A stretch of 64,000 bases of DNA from Candidatus Egerieisoma sp. (GTDB taxonomy: Bacteria; Bacteroidota; Bacteroidia; Bacteroidales; UBA932), in NCBI GenBank assembly GCA_045613465.1, contig JAZLBB010000091.1, positions 23,021 through 87,020 on the forward strand, written 5' to 3'. Positions 8,372 to 18,266 of this stretch are shown here, in pieces; position 1 is the stretch's first letter; every line of letters begins with the position of its first letter. Made by a program: the position numbers and the translations under genes. The notes beneath the pieces are model-generated. The model was not told where the DNA came from. It made no database searches and worked only from the letters and a program-made list of their open reading frames with translations.

Positions 8372-10681
8372 TTAGAATGGATATCCAACTCCAAACTGCA
8401 ATCCGTAATTTCCTTTCTTGAGCATACTTTTTGGACCTTTCCAATCATTTTTTGAAGGTTCATAAAGTTTAATACCCATATCGAGACGTAATATTACAAA
8501 ACTTAAATCTAGTCTCAATCCGGCACCCCAGTCGGCAGCTATATGTTTATAGAAGTTGTTGAATTCAAACAGACCTTCACGAGTCTCTTCTGAATTTGAG
8601 TTATCTTTAATGTTCCATACGTTACCGGCATCCATAAACAGAGCTCCTTCAAAATTCCAGAATAATGGGAAACGGTACTCTATGTTTGCTTCCAGTCTCA
8701 TATCTCCTGTCTGGTTTGGAATTGTAAATGTTTTGTCAACTGGTGCGTATCCAGGACCCACTGTTCTTGCTTGCCAGCCTCTTAAACTGTAAGCACCACC
8801 GGCCCAGAAAAGTTTCTCAAATGGAAGTGATACAGAGTTGCCGTAACCAACTCCAAAACCTGCAAGAAATCTTGTTGCTATTGAGTGGTTTTCTTTCTTA
8901 CCAAGTTTCCATGTGTATACGGTTGTAACCTCAGTTCTGTAATATTGGGAGTATGGAGATTCCCAGATCAATCTTTCTCCATTTGCATTTTTAGGCATTG
9001 ATGAATTGAACAGACTCAATAAGTTTCCCGACAGGTCATTCTGCCACCTCATATAAAAGTAGCTGTGTCTTGGCCTCGGAGATGCATCTGTAGTATAGTA
9101 GAAATTTGTTCCTAATCCAAGATCAAAGTGGTCCTGATATGAATTTATTAGGAATGGGTCATTTAGACTTTCGTAAAAATCAGATTTAAGGTTATACAGT
9201 TTTACTATGCTCAATTGGATTGGAGATATCTTAAAGAAAAATTTATCTTTTCTGTTCCATACATAGCTATAACTTCCTGAAAGTATATTTCTGGTATATT
9301 CCGGTCTTTGCTGGAAGTTATATGATATTGCAAATTCTGTGCGTGGTATATTTGTGGATTTGAATATTTTGTCGGGAAGAAGAAGGAAATTTGGTGTGCT
9401 CAATGAAGTTGCAGCACCAAATTCACTTGCCCTTTTGTTACTGTTGAATCCAAATTGAAAATCTCCCATCAAACTTATACTGAACAGCTCAGCACCTCTG
9501 AAAAGGTTTTTGTGATAATAGGATACCGATGGCGATATACTGTATAACCCTGTTGAATTCAATGAGCTTTCCAAACCTAGTTTATATCCCTGCAGTTCGG
9601 ATGCAGTAAGTTTCATTGTACAGTTGACAGTGTTGGAGTCTATTGGGTCCATTTGTATGTTTACACTGCTGAAAAGATTTAGATTTGAGAATCGGGAGTA
9701 AGTTCTGGCTACTTCCTCCTCGCTATATCTTTCTCCAGGTTCAACAAAATTCATTCTGCTTAGAACTCTTTTTCTGAGTAACAGATTGTTTCTGTACTTG
9801 ATTTTAAGTCCTCTGTACATGGTGGAGTCTGTTGCTGTATACAGATTCATTGATGGTACAGCTATTACAGAGTCCCCTACAAATGAATATACAAGTGGAT
9901 TAGACGGCTTTCTTATAGGCTGTATGGTTACATCACCATATTTGAATATCCTATGAGGCTTTGCGTCTTTTGGCTGTTCATTTCTGGAGTAATTCTTTAT
10001 ATCTACCTTTAATGAGGCTTTCCCATTTCCCGATAGAGTATCAGCGGTAAAAAACAGATAGTTCTTGGTAAATCCAAAATATCCGTCATTTCTCAGTTGG
10101 GATGCTATTTCTTCTGATGTGCTGTTAAGATACTCTTCCGACAATGGAGTGTTCTTTTTAATTACATTCTGCAGCGAATCATTGTAGAATGACTGAGCAA
10201 GGTCCTTGCAATCAATATTGTATGATATTGAGTCAATAATATATTGTTTGCCTAAATTTATTTTATAGTAAACAGTTGTTTTTTTCCTTTTTGTAACAAT
10301 AGAGTCTCTTACACTGGAGTTGTAGTAACCTTGATAATTCAAGTGATTCAGAATGTTTGTACGGGAATCAGCTACAAGTGATTTCTCAAAAATTACAGGT
10401 TCCTGACCAAGTTTGTGTACAAATCTGTCCCAACCTTTATCTTTTCCGTTGCTCCAGTTCCAAATGCTCAAAAATGGATTCCATCCAAAGATGATGGATG
10501 TATTAGGCTTTTGTTTGATATATGGAGCAAGACCAGATGTTTGATATTCTTTTGAATTCAGAATCTTTATTTCATTATCCACCAAACGGGATTCTCCAGA
10601 GGGAATAACTTTTGTTGTGGAGCATCCAGCCAGTGTCATTATCAAGACCAGGAATATATATTTCTTCAGTTTTGGCAACAT
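8372..10681 (-). CDS. Omp85-superfamily outer-membrane protein, lipidated TamA-like (TamL-type)
   Basis: 769 aa. Lipobox LAGC at residues 17-20. C-terminal bacterial surface antigen beta-barrel ending ...GLQFGVGYPF. Confidence 0.75.
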   Translation of the reverse strand: MLPKLKKYIFLVLIMTLAGCSTTKVIPSGESRLVDNEIKILNSKEYQTSGLAPYIKQKPNTSIIFGWNPFLSIWNWSNGKDKGWDRFVHKLGQEPVIFEKSLVADSRTNILNHLNYQGYYNSSVRDSIVTKRKKTTVYYKINLGKQYIIDSISYNIDCKDLAQSFYNDSLQNVIKKNTPLSEEYLNSTSEEIASQLRNDGYFGFTKNYLFFTADTLSGNGKASLKVDIKNYSRNEQPKDAKPHRIFKYGDVTIQPIRKPSNPLVYSFVGDSVIAVPSMNLYTATDSTMYRGLKIKYRNNLLLRKRVLSRMNFVEPGERYSEEEVARTYSRFSNLNLFSSVNIQMDPIDSNTVNCTMKLTASELQGYKLGLESSLNSTGLYSISPSVSYYHKNLFRGAELFSISLMGDFQFGFNSNKRASEFGAATSLSTPNFLLLPDKIFKSTNIPRTEFAISYNFQQRPEYTRNILSGSYSYVWNRKDKFFFKISPIQLSIVKLYNLKSDFYESLNDPFLINSYQDHFDLGLGTNFYYTTDASPRPRHSYFYMRWQNDLSGNLLSLFNSSMPKNANGERLIWESPYSQYYRTEVTTVYTWKLGKKENHSIATRFLAGFGVGYGNSVSLPFEKLFWAGGAYSLRGWQARTVGPGYAPVDKTFTIPNQTGDMRLEANIEYRFPLFWNFEGALFMDAGNVWNIKDNSNSEETREGLFEFNNFYKHIAADWGAGLRLDLSFVILRLDMGIKLYEPSKNDWKGPKSMLKKGNYGLQFGVGYPF

Positions 10682-10697
10682 TACTATTTAATTTACA

Positions 10698-10705
10698 CAA
10701 ATTTA
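10698..10705 (-). promoter_or_regulatory. -7 box (TAAATTTG on the minus strand)
   Basis: CAAATTTA on the + strand, 17 nt upstream of the minus-strand ATG at 10681. Confidence 0.45.
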
Positions 10706-10738
10706 GTGTTTTTGTTTAAATCTCAGGATTTAAATAGA

Positions 10739-10746
10739 TATATTTG
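10739..10746 (+). promoter_or_regulatory. -7 box TATATTTG
   Basis: 18 nt upstream of the ATG at 10765. A TTTG (possible -33 element) lies at 10711-10714. Confidence 0.5.
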
Positions 10747-10764
10747 TAAAAACAAGAACTCATT

Positions 10765-11514
10765 ATGGCGGTACTTTCTGCAAATAAAATTAAATTCATA
10801 CGTTCGCTTTCACAGAAAAAATTCAGGGATGAGCATGGACTTTTCATAGCTGAAGGGGAAAAGATTGTAGAGGAGGCACTTAAATCGGGATATAATGTAA
10901 AAGAGGTATATCATGAGAAGGAAATTGGTCGTGAGGCAATGGAGAGAATTACCTGTCTGAATACCCCTTCACCAGTACTGGCGGTGATTGAGAAACCAAG
11001 TATTTCTCCCGACAGTATTCTCAAGTCCATTTCTGGAGAAGAAAGTTTATCGGGAAGAAAATCTTTGTTCCTGGCATTGGACGGAGTTAAGGATCCTGGA
11101 AACTTGGGGACTATTATCCGCATTGCAGACTGGTTTGGTATCGATGCCATATTTGCCAGCCCAGGTTCGGTTGAAGTGTACAATCCTAAAGTTGTTCAGG
11201 CAACGATGGGCGCAATTTTCCGCAAACAGGTTATCTATACAGATCTTCAAGAGGTTTGCCGGAAGTTTCTTGCGGCAGGGAAGCCTGTTTACGGCACCTT
11301 CCTTGATGGAAAGAATCTATATGAGAACCTTCATTCAGATAAAAAGCAAGGCCTCATAGTTATGGGAAGTGAATCTTTTGGGATCTCACCACAACTTGAA
11401 GCCCTGATTGACAACAAACTTCTTATTCCACCCTACCCTGCTGATTCTCAAACATCAGAATCGCTTAACGTAGCCATTGCCACAGCAATCATCTGTGCGG
11501 AATTTAGAAGATAA
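10765..11514 (+). CDS. TrmH/SpoU-family RNA 2'-O-methyltransferase
   Basis: 249 aa. SpoU motifs LALDGVKDPGNLGTIIRIADWFG and SLNVAIATAI. Confidence 0.85.
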   Translation: MAVLSANKIKFIRSLSQKKFRDEHGLFIAEGEKIVEEALKSGYNVKEVYHEKEIGREAMERITCLNTPSPVLAVIEKPSISPDSILKSISGEESLSGRKSLFLALDGVKDPGNLGTIIRIADWFGIDAIFASPGSVEVYNPKVVQATMGAIFRKQVIYTDLQEVCRKFLAAGKPVYGTFLDGKNLYENLHSDKKQGLIVMGSESFGISPQLEALIDNKLLIPPYPADSQTSESLNVAIATAIICAEFRR

Positions 11515-11564
11515 TTAAAAACTTATTACCGAAGGATAACCCCTCCTGGGGGCAGGCTTTATGT

Positions 11565-12308
11565 TTATTTAGTTATTCTCTGTCGTACAGCTTCGTAAAG
11601 GATTACAGAAGCTGCAGCTGAAACGTTCAATGATCCTATGCTTCCTGCCATTGGAATCTTAGCCTCAGCAGTAGCAAGTTTGCGTACTGCATCTGAGATA
11701 CCTTTATCCTCAGCACCCATTACAATTGCAGTTGGGCCGGTAAGGTCTACATCATATAGGTATCCTTCTGCTTTCTCTGTTGCTGTAACAAGCTGAACAT
11801 CGCTCTGAAGAAGGTAAAATACTGCTGTCTTAAGGTTTGGCACTTTACATACATCAATTCTCAATAGTGCACCGGCAGATGTCTTTATAGCATCTGGTGT
11901 AATTGACGCACCACCTTTTGCAGGGAGAATGATACAATCAACACCTGCACATTCAGCACTTCTGGCAATTGCTCCAAAGTTTCTTACGTCACTTACTCCG
12001 TCAAGCATCAGGAACAGTGGGTTATCTTTTTTTGCAAAGGCTTTTTCAACTGCCTCTTCAAGGCTGACGTACTCTACCGACGGTATCATTGCAATCACAC
12101 CCTGATGTCTGGCGCGGGTAATCTTGTCAAGCTTCTCGGCAGGAACAAACTGAAATGCTATTTGTTTCTCCTGTAGCAGTGAAAATAACTGCTGAAACTG
12201 CTCTCCAGTAAGTCCCTTTTTTAATAACACTTTCTCAATGTTCTTTCCTGCAGAGATTGCCTCAAAAACAGGATGCATTCCAAATAAGTAGTTGGTCTTC
12301 TGTTCCAT
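11565..12308 (-). CDS. rlmB: 23S rRNA (guanosine-2'-O)-methyltransferase RlmB-like
   Basis: 247 aa. SpoU substrate-binding N-domain plus LMLDGVSDVRNFGAIARSAECAG and SLNVSAAASVILYE. Confidence 0.8.
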   Translation of the reverse strand: MEQKTNYLFGMHPVFEAISAGKNIEKVLLKKGLTGEQFQQLFSLLQEKQIAFQFVPAEKLDKITRARHQGVIAMIPSVEYVSLEEAVEKAFAKKDNPLFLMLDGVSDVRNFGAIARSAECAGVDCIILPAKGGASITPDAIKTSAGALLRIDVCKVPNLKTAVFYLLQSDVQLVTATEKAEGYLYDVDLTGPTAIVMGAEDKGISDAVRKLATAEAKIPMAGSIGSLNVSAAASVILYEAVRQRITK

Positions 12309-12322
12309 ATCTTATAACTGTT

Positions 12323-14254
12323 TTATTCACTTAATTCAGCCCACTCTTCCATTTTCTGGTCAAGTTCATTTTTGGCTGTTTCATATTTTGCTGTAAGCTC
12401 AAGAATCTTGTCGGGAGCAGTAACATTTCCCAACTCCTCTTCCAACTGGGCTATTATCCCCTCCAACTCCTCAATTCTGGCTTCACATTGCTGTATTTTC
12501 TTTTTAAGTCTGCTCTTTTCCCTCTCTATCTCTTTCATTTGCTGATAAGTGAGTTGAGCATCAGCTTTTGTTGCTTGAGCTGCAGTTGCAGCTGGTGTTG
12601 CAGCTGTTGATACAGGTGCTTTTCTCTCCAGCTCACTTAGGTTTTCAAGTCTCTTTCTTGCAAGAAAGTCCTGTACTCCTCCAAGATGTTCCTTAACCTT
12701 ACCATCTTTGAATTCGTAGATTTTGTCTACCAGACCATCAAGGAAGTCGCGGTCATGTGACACAATAACAAGAGTACCATCATAAGCCTGTAGCGCTTGT
12801 TTGAGGATATCCTTAGAGATAAGGTCCATATGGTTCGTAGGCTCATCCAGTGCTAAAAGGTTGTGTGGCTTTAACATAAGTTTTGCCATTGCCAGACGTG
12901 CACGCTCACCTCCGCTAAGAACTGCAACTTTCTTGTCTATATCTTCTCCTCTGAACAGAAATGCACCAAGAATATCCCTCAATTTTGTGCGGATATCCCC
13001 TACAGCTATTTTGTCCAGTGTATCAAATACTGTGTCATTTTTGTCAAGGACATCCTCCTGGTTCTGGGCAAAGTAACCCATATCTACATTGTATCCAAGT
13101 CCTGCTTCTCCATCTATCGGGAAAAGCTCTTTGGTTATAATTCTCATAAGGGTTGTCTTTCCCTCTCCGTTCCTTCCTACAAAAGCAATCTTTTCTCCCC
13201 TCTCTATAGATATGTTTACACCATCAATAATCACTTTTTTGCCGTAACCTATTGTGGCGTTCTTTGCACTGAAAACAATCTGTCCACTACGTGGTGCAGG
13301 TGGGAATTTCACACTTAATGCACTTTTATCCTCTATGTCAACCTCTATTCTTTCAAGTTTGTCTAGCTGTTTTATTCTGCTTTGTACCTGATTGCTCTTT
13401 GTTGCCTTGTAGCGGAAACGCTCAATGAATTCCTCGGTCTTCTCAATCATTTTCTGCTGGTTTTCGTAGGCTGCAAGCTGCTGCTGCATCCTCTCTGCCC
13501 TGAGTTCTTTGTATTTTGAGTAAGGAACCTTATAATCATATATTTTACCAAGCATTATCTCTACTGTACGCTTGGTTATATTATCCAGAAATTTACGGTC
13601 GTGAGAGATAAGTACTATTGCACCCGGAAAATTCTTCAAGTAATCTTCAAACCATTCAATTGACTCAATATCCAGGTGGTTTGTAGGCTCATCCAAAAGT
13701 AGCACATCAGGTTTGCGTAGAAGTACCTTTGCCAACTCAATACGCATATTCCAACCCTGACTGAATGTTGATGTAGCTCTCTCAAGGTCTTCCCTTTTGA
13801 ATCCAAGGCCAACAAGAACTTTCTCGGCCTGTGAACGTACCGGTTCTGCCTCAAGTATTGCTACACGGTCATTATACTCGTTTAGCTTTACAATAAGGTT
13901 GTTATAACCTGATGAATCATAATCAGACCGCTCACCAAGTTCAATGTTTATTTTTTCTATTTTTTCATGCAGTGCAAACAGCTCGTTGAATGCAGTTAGG
14001 GCTTCGTCAATTACACTTTTGTCCTTTGCATGCTCCATTTGCTGAGGCAGGTATCCAATGGTGAGCCCGGGAGGAACCATAACCTTTCCCCCTGTAGGGG
14101 TGTTTATCCCCAAAATAAGTTTGAGCAAGGTAGATTTTCCTGCTCCATTCTTCCCGACAAGTCCAATCCTGTCGTTGTCTGTTATATGAAAATTGATATC
14201 ATTGAGCAATGTAAAACCGCCGAATGATACATTTACATTATTTATCGATATCAC
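12323..14254 (-). CDS. ABC-F family ATPase (two ABC domains, C-terminal coiled coil)
   Basis: 643 aa. Walker A motifs GLVGKNGAGKST and FVGRNGEGKTT. Signature LSGGERARL. No TM domain. Confidence 0.9.
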   Translation of the reverse strand: MISINNVNVSFGGFTLLNDINFHITDNDRIGLVGKNGAGKSTLLKLILGINTPTGGKVMVPPGLTIGYLPQQMEHAKDKSVIDEALTAFNELFALHEKIEKINIELGERSDYDSSGYNNLIVKLNEYNDRVAILEAEPVRSQAEKVLVGLGFKREDLERATSTFSQGWNMRIELAKVLLRKPDVLLLDEPTNHLDIESIEWFEDYLKNFPGAIVLISHDRKFLDNITKRTVEIMLGKIYDYKVPYSKYKELRAERMQQQLAAYENQQKMIEKTEEFIERFRYKATKSNQVQSRIKQLDKLERIEVDIEDKSALSVKFPPAPRSGQIVFSAKNATIGYGKKVIIDGVNISIERGEKIAFVGRNGEGKTTLMRIITKELFPIDGEAGLGYNVDMGYFAQNQEDVLDKNDTVFDTLDKIAVGDIRTKLRDILGAFLFRGEDIDKKVAVLSGGERARLAMAKLMLKPHNLLALDEPTNHMDLISKDILKQALQAYDGTLVIVSHDRDFLDGLVDKIYEFKDGKVKEHLGGVQDFLARKRLENLSELERKAPVSTAATPAATAAQATKADAQLTYQQMKEIEREKSRLKKKIQQCEARIEELEGIIAQLEEELGNVTAPDKILELTAKYETAKNELDQKMEEWAELSE

Positions 14255-15017
14255 GGCAAACCAAAATGCTTAGTTCATATAATCCGTAAAGGGGCAAACC
14301 TACTGCCATTAAAGTGAATGGATCACCGCTTGGAGTGATGAATGCTGCAAGTACAAGCATTATAACAAATGCATGTCTACGGTATTTTTTCAGGAAGCTC
14401 TTTGTAAGTATTCCTATTTTTGAGAGTATTACCGCCAAAGAAGGCATTTCAAATACCACACCCATTATAAGTATGAGCCAGGTGAACATAGAAATGTAAG
14501 ATTGCAGCGAAATTTGGTTTGCAACCTCCGCACTTACCTGATATGTACCTAAGAACCTGAGTGTTAGTGGAAAAATAAGGTAATAACCTACCAATACTCC
14601 CATTAAAAACAGAACACCTGCGAATGCAAATGCAACCCTTGCTGCCCTTTTTTCATTCTCATACAATGCCGGACTTACAAATTTCCATAATTGATATACA
14701 ATAAATGGAACTGAAAGCACAAGTGCAAAATAGAATGTGGTGCTAATATGTATGAAGAATTGTGCCGAAAGATCAATGTTAATAAGGCTGAGCTTGAATT
14801 CAGGTAGTGCAGGCATTCCTGCCAACGACAATATTTTATCAATGGCTTTATATAGTGCGAAATCTGAATTTATAGGTGCAAACACTATGGTATTGAACAC
14901 AAAATCCTTTGCCATAAATATTCCGGCCATTAAAGCCACAATAACTATAGCAGAACGGAACAGCACCTTGCGAAGTTCGTCAAGGTGCTCCCAAAATGTC
15001 ATTTCCTGCTCGCCCAA
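14238..15017 (-). CDS. tatC: Twin-arginine translocase subunit TatC
   Basis: 259 aa. FWEHLDELRK N-terminus and 6 predicted TM helices. Directly downstream of tatA. The alternative start at Met6 cannot be excluded. Confidence 0.9.
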   Translation of the reverse strand: MGEQEMTFWEHLDELRKVLFRSAIVIVALMAGIFMAKDFVFNTIVFAPINSDFALYKAIDKILSLAGMPALPEFKLSLINIDLSAQFFIHISTTFYFALVLSVPFIVYQLWKFVSPALYENEKRAARVAFAFAGVLFLMGVLVGYYLIFPLTLRFLGTYQVSAEVANQISLQSYISMFTWLILIMGVVFEMPSLAVILSKIGILTKSFLKKYRRHAFVIMLVLAAFITPSGDPFTLMAVGLPLYGLYELSILVCRDIDK

Positions 15018-15020
15018 TTA

Positions 15021-15230
15021 CTATTTCTCCTCTTTATTCTCTGTTTTTGTAACGTCGGCGTTAATCTCCTCCTCAATTCCTTTTACGCCATCTTTAAAGC
15101 TTCTTACACCTTTGCCTATACCTTTCATTAGCTCAGGAATTTTTTTACCTCCAAAAAGCAATAGTACTATTAGCGCAATTATTACAATCTCACCGGCGCC
15201 AAAGCTGCCGAACAATAGCAAATTTCTCAT
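15021..15230 (-). CDS. tatA: Twin-arginine translocase TatA/E
   Basis: 69 aa. One TM helix plus amphipathic helix ([26 protein letters not shown]). Confidence 0.9.
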   Translation of the reverse strand: MRNLLLFGSFGAGEIVIIALIVLLLFGGKKIPELMKGIGKGVRSFKDGVKGIEEEINADVTKTENKEEK

Positions 15231-15242
15231 TTCCTTTATGTG

Positions 15243-15680
15243 TTAAAAATATTTTTCCATTATTTGAGCAGCATAATCAGGAACCCTGCAAGGGCGTCTG
15301 GTGTCTGCTTTTATAAATCCAATAACCACCTCACCTTCTGCAACAACTGCACCAATCTCTTCTTGTGGAGTAAGTGGGTTTTGGGTACTCTCTTTAATTA
15401 TTGTTGTCTTTATTTTCATTTTAGCCATAGGCATATTCTCAACACTAGAGATTATCCTGATGGTATCTCCCATTCTCGATGGAGTTTTATATGTACAGAA
15501 TGTTGAAACTACAGGAAGCATTACTCCCCTCCTCTCTATTTCACTTATCGGGAGTCCTATCTCTTCCAACATCTTTATCCTTCCATATTCAAAATATCTG
15601 ATATAGTTGGAATGATGGACAATTCCCATAAGGTCTGTCTCATAATATCTTATATCCAGTGTACACTCAGTCTTGATCAT
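15243..15680 (-). CDS. Acyl-CoA thioesterase, YbgC/4HBT hotdog family
   Basis: 145 aa. IRYYETDLMGIVHHSNYIRYFE motif. Confidence 0.8.
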   Translation of the reverse strand: MIKTECTLDIRYYETDLMGIVHHSNYIRYFEYGRIKMLEEIGLPISEIERRGVMLPVVSTFCTYKTPSRMGDTIRIISSVENMPMAKMKIKTTIIKESTQNPLTPQEEIGAVVAEGEVVIGFIKADTRRPCRVPDYAAQIMEKYF

Positions 15681-15684
15681 AATT

Positions 15685-18264
15685 TCAATTTTTTCTTCTG
15701 GCTACTAATCTCTTAATTTCTCCTGCCCAAAGTACAATTGATGTTCCCGACAGAATAAGTATCCAGTCTCTCATTGATAAAGGTTCAGTCCTGAAAAATC
15801 CTCCACCAAACTGTACAATTATAATCTGCAATACTACAATAAGTGCTCCAATTGTAAGGAAACTTCTGTTCTCTTTTAGTTTGTGGAAGGCAGAATTGTT
15901 ACCTCCAAGGGTCCTTGCATTGAACATATTCCAGAACTGCATCATTACAAAGATAGTAAAGAATACTGAGAGTTCGTATACTGAAACTTCACCATCCCTG
16001 TTCATCCATACAAGAATTCCCAGAAGAATAGCCAGGAAGAATACTCCTGTTCCAAAAATATTGTACATCATTCTTTTGGTTATAATGAAGTCATTTATTC
16101 CCCTAGGCTTTTTGTTCATTACATCTTTGTAAGATGGCTCAGTGGCCAATGCGAGTGCAGCGAATGTATCCATTATAAGGTTTACCCACAACATCTGTGT
16201 TACTGTAAGAGGGAATTCAATACCTATAAACGGACCAATCAGCGCAGTAAAAAGTGCTACCACGTTTATTGTTAGCTGAAACTGTATAAACTTCTGAATG
16301 TTCAGGTATATTGAACGGCCCCATCTGACAGCAGTTGTAACGCTTGCAAATGAGTCGTCAAGAAGTATAATATCGCTGGCTTCCTTGGCTACTGCAGTAC
16401 CAGTACCCATTGCCAGACCTACATCTGCATAGTTAAGTGCTGGAGCGTCGTTTGTACCATCTCCCGTTACAGATACAACTTGTCCGCTCTCCTGAAGCAA
16501 TCTTACAAGGCGCATCTTGTCCGCAGGTCTTGCACGTGACATTACTTTAATGTTTAGTCCCGCTTCCATTGCAGCTTTGTCATTGAGTTTGGCAAAATCT
16601 GTTCCTGTAATATGATTCTTCTCTATTGTGTCAGTGCTGTTCCAAAGTCCAGCCTGTCGTGCTATTTCTATTGCCGTAAGGGATGTGTCGCCTGTTACTA
16701 TTTTTACTGCTATACCTGCTCCCAGGCACTGCTGCATTGCTGCAGGTACATCCTCCCTAATTGGGTCTGCAATTGCTACAAAACCTGTGTAGTTGAATTC
16801 GTTCCTTTCTACAAGGTTTATCATATCTTTATCCGCATCCAAAAGGGGGATATCTACTTTTGCAAATGCAAGTGAGCGCATTCCTTTCTGCTGGTATTCC
16901 TTTACTTTTTCAAGTTCTTTCTGTATTTCCAGATTGGCACATTTGGAAAATATTATCTCCGGTGCACCCTTAATCATAAGAGTCAGTTTGTCGGGATAAT
17001 TAAAATCAACAATTGTTGCCATGTATTTTCTTTCAGTGCTGAAAGGAAGTCTTTTGACCGTTTTATATTCACCCCTTATACTGTTGTAATCGTATCCGTT
17101 CGATGCAAGATATAGAAGCAATGCACCCTCTGTAGGATTACCAACAGGTGAAAGATTACCGTTGGCATCTTTTTCCAGTAATGCAGTAGAATTTAATGCA
17201 GCTTCACATGCAAAATCCTTATTGCATTCTCCTTCAAAATGCTGTACCTGCATTTTGTTTTGGGTAAGTGTACCTGTTTTGTCTGTACAGATAACTGTTG
17301 TAGCTCCCATAGTCTCGCAAGCATGCATTTTTCTAACAAGAGTGTTGCCTGCAGTCATTTTACGCATACTGTATGCAAGGCTTAAGGTTACACTCATTGC
17401 AAGTCCTTCAGGTACTGCCACTACAATTAGAGTAACGGCAATCATAAAGAAACTCAGCAGTAATGTAAGGTTTTCTACGTTAAAGGAAAAAGTGAGTACT
17501 CCAATTGCGTAGTCTCTAATTACAAGTGCAGCAAATGTTAAGCCTGCTACGGTAAAACCTATTTTACCAATTAGAGCGCTAAGCTTGTCCAATTGCTTGT
17601 TCAATGGTGTTTTTGCACCTGTAAGTTCTGCTGCCTGACGGGCAGTCTTACCTATCTCAGTAGAATCTCCAACAGATGTTACTTCTATTATTCCGTCCCC
17701 TTCAGAGACAGTTGTACCTCTGTAAACGTAATTTGGAGAATATGTTCCTGCAAATTCTGTTACAGGTAAATGCGTTTTTCTAGATGGTGCAGATTCTCCG
17801 TTAAGTGATGCTTCGTTTACACTCAATTCCATTGAATCTATCAGCTTGCCGTCTGCAGGTATTTCGTCACCTTGTGTAAGGACAACAATATCCCCAACTA
17901 CTATTTCATTCTTGGGAACCTGGGTGATTGTGCCATTTCTGTATACTTTTACAGGTGCTGAATCACTTATCTTGTTAAGGATATCAAATTCTTTTCCTGC
18001 TTTATGCTCATTTATAAATGCCAGAAAGGTAGCAAGAAATACTGCCAACAGAATACCAAGACTCTCAACTACAGATCCATGGAAATAGCCTGTGATAAAG
18101 GATAGTAATGTGGCAAAAAGTAGCAGCTTTATTATTGGATCGTTGAATTTCCCCAATAATAATACAACCCAACTCTCCCTTTTAGGGGGAGTCAGGTCAT
18201 TTGAGCCCCATTTGGCTCTATTTTCTGTTACTTGATTGTCTGTTAATCCTTTATAAGATTGCAT
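15685..18264 (-). CDS. Cation-transporting P-type ATPase (P2, Ca2+-ATPase-like)
   Basis: 859 aa. Contains ICTDKTGTLTQNKM, VTGDGTNDAPAL and PEGLA motifs. Confidence 0.9.
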   Translation of the reverse strand: MQSYKGLTDNQVTENRAKWGSNDLTPPKRESWVVLLLGKFNDPIIKLLLFATLLSFITGYFHGSVVESLGILLAVFLATFLAFINEHKAGKEFDILNKISDSAPVKVYRNGTITQVPKNEIVVGDIVVLTQGDEIPADGKLIDSMELSVNEASLNGESAPSRKTHLPVTEFAGTYSPNYVYRGTTVSEGDGIIEVTSVGDSTEIGKTARQAAELTGAKTPLNKQLDKLSALIGKIGFTVAGLTFAALVIRDYAIGVLTFSFNVENLTLLLSFFMIAVTLIVVAVPEGLAMSVTLSLAYSMRKMTAGNTLVRKMHACETMGATTVICTDKTGTLTQNKMQVQHFEGECNKDFACEAALNSTALLEKDANGNLSPVGNPTEGALLLYLASNGYDYNSIRGEYKTVKRLPFSTERKYMATIVDFNYPDKLTLMIKGAPEIIFSKCANLEIQKELEKVKEYQQKGMRSLAFAKVDIPLLDADKDMINLVERNEFNYTGFVAIADPIREDVPAAMQQCLGAGIAVKIVTGDTSLTAIEIARQAGLWNSTDTIEKNHITGTDFAKLNDKAAMEAGLNIKVMSRARPADKMRLVRLLQESGQVVSVTGDGTNDAPALNYADVGLAMGTGTAVAKEASDIILLDDSFASVTTAVRWGRSIYLNIQKFIQFQLTINVVALFTALIGPFIGIEFPLTVTQMLWVNLIMDTFAALALATEPSYKDVMNKKPRGINDFIITKRMMYNIFGTGVFFLAILLGILVWMNRDGEVSVYELSVFFTIFVMMQFWNMFNARTLGGNNSAFHKLKENRSFLTIGALIVVLQIIIVQFGGGFFRTEPLSMRDWILILSGTSIVLWAGEIKRLVARRKN

Positions 18265-18266
18265 CT

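Noticed and set aside
11540-11556. cccc-tcct-gggg hairpin between the convergent methyltransferase genes, considered as a terminator.
   Set aside because: It has only a 4-bp stem with no flanking T-run, which is too weak to call.
14737-15246. 169-aa + strand ORF across tatC/tatA.
   Set aside because: It overlaps two genes with clear TatC and TatA signatures on the other strand and is Ser/Ile-rich low complexity.
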